A stretch of 46,358 bases of DNA, taken from assembly GCA_043801585.1 (NCBI GenBank), contig JAZDLX010000197.1, forward strand, positions 1 to 46,358, given 5' to 3'. Origin of the DNA: a bacterium. Its GTDB lineage: Bacteria; Electryoneota; Electryoneia; Electryoneales; Electryoneaceae. The notes below the pieces were generated by a model. It saw only the letters and a program-made list of their open reading frames with translations, searched no databases and was not told the DNA's origin. This document shows, one piece after another, positions 1 through 8,072 of this stretch (positions are counted from its first letter, which is position 1; each line of letters starts with the position of its first letter). The position numbers and the translations under genes are program-made.

Positions 1-80
1 GCACCGTCCTTCAGGTGAGTTGAATAAAACCATGATGTTATTTTAGATATTTAGTCATTAATGGGTGCCATCGTGCCAAT

Positions 81-182
81 GCTGTAATAACTCCCTCATT
101 GCAGGGGGACACCAACCTATACGGGTTATTCCAATTCCTGACAACCACTGTGATGACTCCCTCATTGCACGGGTGCACCATC
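81..182 (-). CRISPR. CRISPR-like mini-array: two 36-bp repeats (81-116, 147-182) and one 30-bp spacer (117-146), type VI-B-like repeat
   Basis: The repeats gctgtaataactccctcattgcagggggacaccaac and actgtgatgactccctcattgcacgggtgcaccatc are 29/36 identical with a 66-bp period. The reverse complement GTTGGTGTCCCCCTGCAATGAGGGAGTTATTACAGC has terminal GTTG/CAGC and inner CCCT/AGGG stems, as in Cas13b-type direct repeats. No cas gene lies in the window. Confidence 0.6.
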
Positions 183-291
183 TCCGTCGTCATTTTTGTG
201 CAGTCAACGGTTTTTCTCACAAAGAGACGAAATTTGCATCTTCCGTTTGTACATTCAGTGCTGGTTCTCTCAATAACAAGGCTGAGTTGAC

Positions 292-2544
292 GTGCAATTC
301 ACTGGCATCAAACAGGCTCGACGCCCCACCCTGGAGCAGACGCTGCGAATTCCCCTGGCGATCACGCTGATCTTCCAGGTGGTTCTTCTGATCAGCGTCG
401 GCCCGGTTTTTCTGCGGCCAGAGCTGGATGAGCGCACCCAACCATTTGTTTTTGTTGAAGCGCAGAAACTGACAACGTCCGACCATATCAGCAGTTATCG
501 AAGCTCCAGGGATTCAACCAATCATCTCGCCATTGTCTATCCAAGATACGGGCTGACACAGGCTACGATCTTCAGTTCAAATCTCGCTCTCCAGACAGAA
601 TTTGCGACACGCGATCGTGGTGAAGCCTGGGGAGTGATCAGTGGCGATTTCGAGGGAGACGGGGCGAGTGAGTGGTTGCTCAGCATTCCCCTGAGACCCG
701 ATCTGAACGACAACGAATTTACCGATCGTGACAACGCCGTTTGCCTTATCTACTGGAATCCTGAGCGGTCCATCGAACAGGAGATTGATCGGATTCAACT
801 GTCGCGCAACCAGCATCCTGAGATTCTGCGGATCCAGCCTTGGCGGGGAAGGATTTCGGCACTCGGAAATCCCCATGGCAACACAGTCGAAACACCCGGC
901 GATTATTTCGCGCTGGGAGTCGCGATTTTCGATCCCCCCTACTATGTGCGCGAGATCCATCTCTTTCGAAAGGGAAATCCTCCCAGGAAAACCGCAAGTA
1001 TCCCCTGTGCTGTTTTTCCGCGGAACGGAGTCTGGAGCACGCTCGCGGATGGACAGCGGGTGCTGACGGTCGGTGGAACCGTCCTGGGAAACGGTGTGCG
1101 TACTCCGGTTGTCCTCCAAAACGAATCAACGGGCGGAACGGTCGCGGACACCCTGGACGACAGCCAGGGAACCGTGATGCAGGTGACAGAATCTGGAAAG
1201 GTACGCTGGGTTCGCAAACTGTCAAAAAGCGGTGGGCAGGTCTACGTCTATCCGAGGACTGGAGATGACGACGAACTGATCGCAGTGTTCTCGCGGGACT
1301 CGTTCAATTATGGAACGGATGAACTTGATATTCTGATTCTGAATGCATCCACCGGAGCGGTGATCTCCTCGTCGACCTTCCCGGGGTCCTATCAACATCT
1401 GGTTGGGGAGGCAGCGCGTGAACTCGGACTGGCAGGCATCATCCGCACCGACACCCATGTCATGCGCTGGTTGAATCTTACCGGTGAGGCGGGGCCTGTG
1501 ATGCAGATTCGTGGGTTGAAACGAGCGGGAGAGCTGTCGGCCTTGAAGTTGACCGGGGATATTCGGGTGGTGGCGATTCCTCGTGCGACCGGGGAGGGCA
1601 CACTGCTCATTACACCGAATGGACGGTGTGTGGGGGCGGCGCCAAACGATTTTGAAGCGAATGTCGTACGCATTCATGTTAAAGACGAAGATGTCGATGT
1701 GGTGCCCCTGGTTTCCGAAAGCTATGCGTCAAACCGCCTCGTCTATTATGTGCACAATCCTTCCGATTTCTGGTGGATCTGGCGATACCGCTGGTGGATC
1801 GTCCTGCTTCTTGGTCCCCCGTTTATCACCTTTGCCGTGACATCCACTCAGCGTTATATCGTCGAGCGACGTGCCACAGTGAAGGCGATACAGGCGTACA
1901 ACGTGCAACTGCGTCATCTGACACGGAGGCTTCACGAATCCCAGGAACAGGAGAGAACCCAGCTTTCACGTGAAATTCACGATAGGGTCGGCCAGTCGCT
2001 CGCTGTCATTCGATGGGGGCTGTCCGAAATCAGCAAGAACGGCCGCAGAGGAAAACGGAAAGTCGAGGACCTTATCGTTCAGGTGGATGAAGCCCTTGCC
2101 GAAATCCGTCGGATCTCACAGGAATTGAGACCGAGCTTGTTGGACGATCTCGGTCTGGTGCCCGCCCTCGAATGGTATCTGAAAATGGTGACGGAGCGGA
2201 CCGGTCTGGGAATCAAGATGCGATCCACCGGGAAACTGGGGATCCTTCAGCCCGAGTTGGCCACTGCACTTTATCGTATCGTGCAGGAAGGCATTTCAAA
2301 CGTTCTAAAACATGCGAAAGCATCGCAGGTTCAGGTTACCTTTTACAGCGATCACGACAACCTGCGTCTTGTTATTGAGGACAATGGAAAGGGATTGACT
2401 TTTCGAAGTGAACCGTCACGAACGCCACTCGGTTTGATGGGAATGCGAGAGCGTCTGATGCCCTTCAACGGCGAGGTTACGCTTGAAAGCGGAAGACGGG
2501 AAGGTGTCTGCCTGACAGCGACGGTTCCAATGCGAAAAGAGTAG
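292..2544 (+). CDS. Membrane sensor histidine kinase (HisKA_3, NarX/UhpB type) with a large periplasmic beta-rich domain
   Basis: N-terminal TM and second TM (WWIVLLLGPPF); ERTQLSREIHD H-box; YRIVQEGISNVLKHA N-box; IEDNGKG G1; LGLMGMRERL G2. Confidence 0.92.
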   Translation: MQFTGIKQARRPTLEQTLRIPLAITLIFQVVLLISVGPVFLRPELDERTQPFVFVEAQKLTTSDHISSYRSSRDSTNHLAIVYPRYGLTQATIFSSNLALQTEFATRDRGEAWGVISGDFEGDGASEWLLSIPLRPDLNDNEFTDRDNAVCLIYWNPERSIEQEIDRIQLSRNQHPEILRIQPWRGRISALGNPHGNTVETPGDYFALGVAIFDPPYYVREIHLFRKGNPPRKTASIPCAVFPRNGVWSTLADGQRVLTVGGTVLGNGVRTPVVLQNESTGGTVADTLDDSQGTVMQVTESGKVRWVRKLSKSGGQVYVYPRTGDDDELIAVFSRDSFNYGTDELDILILNASTGAVISSSTFPGSYQHLVGEAARELGLAGIIRTDTHVMRWLNLTGEAGPVMQIRGLKRAGELSALKLTGDIRVVAIPRATGEGTLLITPNGRCVGAAPNDFEANVVRIHVKDEDVDVVPLVSESYASNRLVYYVHNPSDFWWIWRYRWWIVLLLGPPFITFAVTSTQRYIVERRATVKAIQAYNVQLRHLTRRLHESQEQERTQLSREIHDRVGQSLAVIRWGLSEISKNGRRGKRKVEDLIVQVDEALAEIRRISQELRPSLLDDLGLVPALEWYLKMVTERTGLGIKMRSTGKLGILQPELATALYRIVQEGISNVLKHAKASQVQVTFYSDHDNLRLVIEDNGKGLTFRSEPSRTPLGLMGMRERLMPFNGEVTLESGRREGVCLTATVPMRKE

Positions 2545-2573
2545 CTGTCCATGAAGGCTGAAGGAGAAACGGA

Positions 2574-3200
2574 ATGAGCACAATTCGCGTCATCCTCGGG
2601 GATGACCATCCTGTTGTCCGAAAGGGAATCGCGCAAATGGTGGAAGCCTCCCCGGACATGACGGTTGTCGCGGAAGCAGAGGATACGAATGGGATTCTCG
2701 AGGCTGTGGCACGGCAACCTGCGGATGTGCTTGTTCTCGACCTGGGGATTCCCGGTGGTGGTGGGATGGAAGTCATTCGAAAAATAAAAAGTAGACTGCC
2801 ACGTATCCTGGTTCTCAGCGTACAACCCGAGGAGATGTACGCTGTCCGTTGCATTCGCGCCGGAGCCTCCGGGTTTCTCAATAAAGAAGCGTCGCCCGAT
2901 CTGATTTTACACGCCATTCGAACGGTCAGCCAGGGGAGATTGTCCATCAGCGATCACCTTCGTGAAGACCTTTTTGACACCGATGCAGACACCTCGCCAA
3001 TCGGTCGCCTGACTGTTCGTGAGTTGGAAGTGATGAGGCATCTGGTGCTCGGAAAGCGCAACCGTGACATTGCCCGTGATCTCGGAGTCAGTGAAAAAAC
3101 AATCAGTGAACATAAGCGCAATTTGATGATGAAGCTGAAGATTGGCAGTGTTTCAGAGCTCGTCATTATGGCACGGGATGAGGGGATGAAGTTTCGCTGA
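2574..3200 (+). CDS. NarL/UvrY-family response regulator (REC + LuxR HTH)
   Basis: GDDHPVVRKG, VLDLGIPG phospho-Asp, GASGFLNK, LTVRELEV...IARDLGVSEKTI; AAGGAG RBS. Confidence 0.95.
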   Translation: MSTIRVILGDDHPVVRKGIAQMVEASPDMTVVAEAEDTNGILEAVARQPADVLVLDLGIPGGGGMEVIRKIKSRLPRILVLSVQPEEMYAVRCIRAGASGFLNKEASPDLILHAIRTVSQGRLSISDHLREDLFDTDADTSPIGRLTVRELEVMRHLVLGKRNRDIARDLGVSEKTISEHKRNLMMKLKIGSVSELVIMARDEGMKFR

Positions 3201-3234
3201 TGTGCGATTATTATTAAACACTAAAATTGCGAAT

Positions 3235-3248
3235 TAAGAAATTTCCTA
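3235..3248. promoter_or_regulatory. Imperfect palindrome TAAGAAATTTCCTA, candidate NarL-family operator
   Basis: 12/14 palindromic, in an AT-rich stretch directly downstream of the response regulator gene. Confidence 0.35.
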
Positions 3249-3413
3249 CCTGTTTCCTCCGTTTTTCCTATTTACTTCTCGCGTTGAGAATAGCATGTTG
3301 AATTCGGCATGATTGGTCGATCCTTCATTTCATGGGAGAGGGTTGATCGTCATGCTCCATGACCTTCCACAATCTTCAGTCGATGCGCACTGAGATAGCA
3401 CCTTATGGAGCTG

Positions 3414-3444
3414 GACGGGGGGCATGGTACCCCCGTCTTTTTTT
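3414..3444 (+). terminator. Rho-independent terminator
   Basis: GACGGGGG/CCCCCGTC stem followed by T7. Confidence 0.8.
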
Positions 3445-3639
3445 GTTGCTGGAAACTCACCCGGAACAAACCAATCCCCTGCACTCTCTGCTTACGCATG
3501 AATCTCGATTGAGTCTCGGAGAGTCTGCGTACGAATTGAAGCTCTCAAAAAGGATGTATTGCTTTTCGTGAAGCAATCGTTATTTTTGTTTCAAACATTC
3601 CAAACGTTCCGAGGTGTTGGGACAGTCAACGGGGGATTC

Positions 3640-4167
3640 ATGGCTGATCGGCCCACCATCAACGATGCCGTCCGAGGGGAAACCATCGAGACGGAACGGA
3701 TCAAGCAGGACTTCATACGGGATTTTGGTGACGCCTACCTTCGTTTTAGCCTCCCCCGCCTGATGGGACACATCGTCGGTCTTCTGCTGTTTGAGGATGG
3801 TCTTCTTTCACTCGATGAAATCACGGAACAGCTTCACGTGTCCAAGGGACCGGTCAGCCAGGTGATGAGCCGGTTGCGCGATCACGGACTTGTTATGCGC
3901 GAGAACAATCCCGGGGATCGAAAAGATTTCTATCGGGCATCCGGGGACATCTTCGGCATTGCGTTTTCCAACCATGCAGGCCTTTTTCGGCGAAATCTCA
4001 ACCTCGCCAAATCCTACAGGACACGTCTGGATCGGGCAAAACTGCCGGATACATTTGTCGCACGTGTCGAGGAGATGACGGAGTTTTACGCCCTGATGCT
4101 CGAGTACCTGGAGCAGTTCATGAAAGCGTGGGAAAACAGGCGCAAAATGGGCCAGCAAAGAGCGTGA
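3640..4167 (+). CDS. GbsR/MarR-family transcriptional regulator
   Basis: FSLPRLMGHIVGLLL...LSLDEITEQLHVSKGPVSQ...PGDRKDFY wHTH signature; ATG at 3640 preceded by GGGGGA (the ORF track starts at 3559). Confidence 0.88.
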   Translation: MADRPTINDAVRGETIETERIKQDFIRDFGDAYLRFSLPRLMGHIVGLLLFEDGLLSLDEITEQLHVSKGPVSQVMSRLRDHGLVMRENNPGDRKDFYRASGDIFGIAFSNHAGLFRRNLNLAKSYRTRLDRAKLPDTFVARVEEMTEFYALMLEYLEQFMKAWENRRKMGQQRA

Positions 4168-4200
4168 CCTCGTGTCAAAGGATCGATAAGAAGGGAACGA

Positions 4201-4947
4201 GTGATGAAGCGGCTTGATGGCAAGGTGGCGGTAATCACTGGAGGTGCTGCCGGAATCGGATACGCAACGGCGCAGCGTTTCGCTGACGAGGGAGCCACAA
4301 TCTCCATCTGGGATGTCAACGAAGAAGTGGGCGCGGTGGCGGCGGAACAACTCGCAGCGTCTGGCGCCAGGGTTGAATTCCGCAAAGTCAACACAGCAGA
4401 CAGTACCGAAGTGAGTAGCACCGCTTCCGCGGTCAAGGAGACGTTCGGAAGGATCGACATCCTGATCAACAACGCCGGGATCACACGCGACGCCACCCTG
4501 ATGAAGATGACTGAGGAGCAGTTCGACCAGGTGATCGCGGTGAATCTGAAGGGTGTTTTCCTCTGCGGACAGGCGGTTGGCCGGATCATGGTGGAGCAGG
4601 GATCGGGGGTGATTCTTTCGACCAGTTCCGTAGTTGCGCTCTATGGCAATTTCGGTCAGAGCAATTATGTGGCGACAAAGACGGCGGTGATCGGCATGAC
4701 GAAGGTCTGGGCGCGTGAACTTGGCCGCAAGGGTGTTCGCGCAAATGCCATCGCACCCGGATTCATCGCCACCGAGATGGTGAAGAAAATGCCGGAAAAA
4801 GTGCTGGACGGTATGCGCGAGAAAACGCCGCTCCAGCGTCTCGGTGAACCGGTGGACATCGCGAATGCGTTCCTTTTCCTGGCGTCCGACGAGGCGTCGT
4901 TCGTCAACGGGGCAGTGCTTTCAGTGGACGGCGGGATCGTCATCTGA
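4201..4947 (+). CDS. FabG/PhaB-like short-chain dehydrogenase (3-oxoacyl reductase family)
   Basis: TGGAAGIG, NNAGITRD, GNFGQSNYVATK (YxxxK), APGFI; Asp at the end of beta2 (IWDVN) suggests NAD(H). Confidence 0.9.
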   Translation: MMKRLDGKVAVITGGAAGIGYATAQRFADEGATISIWDVNEEVGAVAAEQLAASGARVEFRKVNTADSTEVSSTASAVKETFGRIDILINNAGITRDATLMKMTEEQFDQVIAVNLKGVFLCGQAVGRIMVEQGSGVILSTSSVVALYGNFGQSNYVATKTAVIGMTKVWARELGRKGVRANAIAPGFIATEMVKKMPEKVLDGMREKTPLQRLGEPVDIANAFLFLASDEASFVNGAVLSVDGGIVI

Positions 4948-5098
4948 CAATATCAGGAACACATTCCCCGTTCTGTCAGTTCTCTTACGCGGCGAAAAAC
5001 CGACGGAGACAAATGGCAGGCCAACGCACCTCATGAACCTGCCCAAACCAGGACGGAGTTCGGGCGGAAAACGTTCTGATTGACAACCAAAGAGACCT

Positions 5099-6091
5099 AT
5101 GACCCGCAACGCCAGGATTATCGCAACCGGCATGACAGCGCCGGAGAAAGTGGTGCCGAACAGTTATTTCAACGAGCTGCTCGGCGAAGACGTGGACACC
5201 TGGCTTCGTGAAAACCTGACGATTCGTGAGCGGAGATGGTGTGCGGAGGATGAATCGACGGCAGACCTGGTGGAACGGGCGGCCCGCAAAACGCTGGAAA
5301 AGGCGGGTTTGAAACCAGAGGACCTCGACCTGCTGATCGTTGCCACGGACACCCCCGAGTACATCAGCCCTTCCACCGCCAGTGTTGTTCAGCACCGTCT
5401 TGGTGCGGTGAACGCGGGAACGTTTGATGTCAACACCGCCTGTGCCGGATTTGTCACTGCGCTCGACATGGGGGCGAAATACATCCAGGCGGATGACCGT
5501 TACAACCGGGTGTTGGTTGTCGGAGCGTACGCGATGTCCAAGTATCTGGATGTGATGGACAAGAAGACAGCCAACCTGTTTGCCGACGGCGCCGGGGCGG
5601 TGATTCTCGAGGCGACGGCGAATGTCTCTCAAGGGTGGCTGGGCGCGGAGCTTCACACAGAGGGGCAGTACGCGGAGTGGATGGGGATCTATGCGGGGGG
5701 CACGGCAAATCCGATTTCCGACGAGGCGGTGGCGAACAAGGATCATCTGCTCAAATTCGTCCAAAAATTTCCCACGGAGATCAACCCCACGATGTGGACG
5801 AAGATGATCACGGACGTGCTTGATCGCATCGGAAAAAAGCCATCGGATGTTGCCCGGTTTTTCTTCACACAGATCAACATCAACGGCATCCGTGCGACGA
5901 TGGAGAATCTCGGCGAATCGATGGAGAAAGCCCACACGATCATGGATCGGTACGGCTACACCGGCTCTGCCTGCATTCCGATGGCACTCGCCGAGGCGGA
6001 TGAGCAGGGCAAGTTGAAAGCGGGGGATCTCGTCATCTTCATGGGATCCGGCGGCGGTCTGGCGTTTGCCTGTTCCGTTTTCCGCTGGTAG
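5099..6091 (+). CDS. FabH/KAS III-fold enzyme with a non-canonical active site
   Basis: DVNTACAGF catalytic Cys, LFADGAGA, GSGGG; the HQAN motif is replaced by TQIN and GNTSAAS by GYTGSAC. Confidence 0.88.
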   Translation: MTRNARIIATGMTAPEKVVPNSYFNELLGEDVDTWLRENLTIRERRWCAEDESTADLVERAARKTLEKAGLKPEDLDLLIVATDTPEYISPSTASVVQHRLGAVNAGTFDVNTACAGFVTALDMGAKYIQADDRYNRVLVVGAYAMSKYLDVMDKKTANLFADGAGAVILEATANVSQGWLGAELHTEGQYAEWMGIYAGGTANPISDEAVANKDHLLKFVQKFPTEINPTMWTKMITDVLDRIGKKPSDVARFFFTQININGIRATMENLGESMEKAHTIMDRYGYTGSACIPMALAEADEQGKLKAGDLVIFMGSGGGLAFACSVFRW

Positions 6092-6103
6092 GCTGGAGGG
6101 GCG

Positions 6104-6514
6104 ATGAAGTGGCAGGTGGGTGATTCGGACACCTTGATTGTCACTGTCAGCGAAGGGCTGGTCGGGAAATTCCAGGCGGCGGTGCTGGACTTCAGCAGAC
6201 TGCCTGAGGAAAGCGATGCGGTTCTTGAAAAGGTTTTCGGTGGACGAGTGGTCCACGGTGTCATCCCGATGTCCTTCGTTTCATCGCTGTTGGGCAATCA
6301 GCTTCCCGGTCCGGGTGGGATTTTGCTCGGGCAATCATTCCGGTTCAAGGCGCCCGTTTTTGTCGGCGATGTGATTACGGCATCGGCGACGATCCGCGAG
6401 ATTCGCAACGACAAACCGGTGATCGCGCTCGATACCGTGTGCACGAATCAAAAGGGTGAGACGGTTCTGGAAGGTGAGGCCCATGTTCTGTTTCGTGAAA
6501 GGGACATGGCATGA
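6104..6514 (+). CDS. MaoC/PhaJ-like hotdog-fold protein (catalytic His apparently missing)
   Basis: FGGRVVHG, LPGPGGI, FKAPVFVGD, NQKGETVLEG; the DxNPxH motif reads DFSRLP. Confidence 0.85.
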   Translation: MKWQVGDSDTLIVTVSEGLVGKFQAAVLDFSRLPEESDAVLEKVFGGRVVHGVIPMSFVSSLLGNQLPGPGGILLGQSFRFKAPVFVGDVITASATIREIRNDKPVIALDTVCTNQKGETVLEGEAHVLFRERDMA

Positions 6515-6548
6515 GCCACGGCCTTCACCCGGAAAGGATGGGATCACG

Positions 6549-8072
6549 ATGAACGGTGGCCAGCAGTCACTTGTCACAGCCGGATGGGTGTTGGTGATTG
6601 TCTACATGGCGGTCGTCCTCTTCTTCGTCGTGCGGGGAGCGCGTAAAAGCCGTTCGATGAAGGACTATGCTATCGGTTCGATGACCTTCTCGCCGATTGC
6701 CGTTGGACTGGCGCTCGCAGCGTCGATGACGAGTGCGGCGACCTTCATCATCAATCCCGGTTTCATCGCCCTGTACGGCATCAGCGGATTCATCAGCTAC
6801 GCGCTTGTTCTGCCTGCGGCGGCGATGATCTCACTGGTGATCCTGACCAAGGGGTTTCGTGCCCACGGCAGCACGGTGCAGGCGCTCTCGATGGCGCAGT
6901 GGATGGGAACACGTTACAAGAGCCGGGGGTACTCGTTGTTCTTCGCGTTTCTTTCGCTGCTCCTCGTCACCTTTATTGTGCTGATCGTTGTCGGCCTCGT
7001 GAAGGTGCTTTCGAAAACGCTGGACGTCTCCGAAACCGCGGTACTGATCGGAGTCGTCCTTTTCATTTTCGGGTACATGGCCTTCGGTGGTGCGAACAGC
7101 ATGGTGTACACAAACACCGTGCAGGCGATCCTGATGCTGATCGTGGCCTTCATCCTGCTCGGCAGCGGGTACCAGCATTTCAGCCACGGTGTGCACGGAT
7201 TCCTCGCCGAGTTGCGCGCCATCGATCCGAATCTCGCCACCGCGACAAATCCGAAGAGTTATCTCTTCCGGGACTGGTTTGAAATCGGATTTGCCCAAGT
7301 GGTCGTGGGGGTGGCCATCGTCTGCCAACCGCACATCATCACCAAGTCCCTGCTGCTGAAAACCGACAAGGACGTCAACCGTTATCTGACGGCGGGTGTG
7401 ATCACCGAACTGATTTTCTTCTCCGTGGTCTTTGCCGGGTTGTACGCGCGTCTCACCTTCCCTGATCTGACGTTCAACGGTCAGCCGCTGAAGATGGATG
7501 GGATCATCAGTGCTTATGTGGTCCGGGAGTTTCCTGTCTTTGTTGGATTGATTGTGGTGCTCGGATTGATCTCGGCGGGGATCAGCACCCTCGAAGGATT
7601 GATTCAGTCCATCTCGACGACGATCACCAAGGATATCGTCGAACCCCTGGCGGGCAGGTTGCTTCCTGCGGACGAGGTGGAGAGGGACCGCATTCTGCAG
7701 AAGGTGAACAAGGGCGCGATTGCGCTGCTGGCACTGGTTTCGATCTGGCTCTCCCGTGACCAGTTGCTGCACCCGAAACTCTCGGTGGCGATCTTCGCTC
7801 AGAACGGTGTCTACGCCTATTTCTCGGCGGCATTCCTGCCGATTCTCTTTGGCATGTTTCTGAAAGATGTGCCCAAGTCAGTACCGATTGCCGCCTCGAT
7901 TACGGCGGTTGTCGTCCACTTCTGGATCTCCCTCGCGAATATTCGAATCCCCTTCACCCAGTCAAGTGGACAGAATCCGGGTGTCGCCGCGGCGATGGCG
8001 ATTGTGACTTCAGTGCTCGTTGGTGGAGTCATTCATCTGTCAACACGGAGGAGAGGGGATGTTCCAGCCTGA
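6549..8072 (+). CDS. Sodium:solute symporter (SSS family)
   Basis: ~13 hydrophobic segments, ASMTSAATFI, GGANSMVYTNTVQA, SAGISTLEG; start moved to ATG 6549. Confidence 0.9.
   Translation: MNGGQQSLVTAGWVLVIVYMAVVLFFVVRGARKSRSMKDYAIGSMTFSPIAVGLALAASMTSAATFIINPGFIALYGISGFISYALVLPAAAMISLVILTKGFRAHGSTVQALSMAQWMGTRYKSRGYSLFFAFLSLLLVTFIVLIVVGLVKVLSKTLDVSETAVLIGVVLFIFGYMAFGGANSMVYTNTVQAILMLIVAFILLGSGYQHFSHGVHGFLAELRAIDPNLATATNPKSYLFRDWFEIGFAQVVVGVAIVCQPHIITKSLLLKTDKDVNRYLTAGVITELIFFSVVFAGLYARLTFPDLTFNGQPLKMDGIISAYVVREFPVFVGLIVVLGLISAGISTLEGLIQSISTTITKDIVEPLAGRLLPADEVERDRILQKVNKGAIALLALVSIWLSRDQLLHPKLSVAIFAQNGVYAYFSAAFLPILFGMFLKDVPKSVPIAASITAVVVHFWISLANIRIPFTQSSGQNPGVAAAMAIVTSVLVGGVIHLSTRRRGDVPA

Noticed and set aside
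15..50. Expected position of a third CRISPR repeat (also 213-248)
   Set aside because: Neither position resembles the repeat, so the array has only two copies in this window.
38..220. 60-aa ORF with the duplicated peptide PCNEGVIT
   Set aside because: The duplication is the 66-bp-period DNA repeat read in frame; there is no RBS or protein-like signal.
3359..3571. 70-aa ORF
   Set aside because: It runs through a strong terminator and has no recognisable motif.
4985..6256. 423-aa minus-strand ORF
   Set aside because: Antisense shadow of the FabH-like and MaoC genes in GC-rich DNA.
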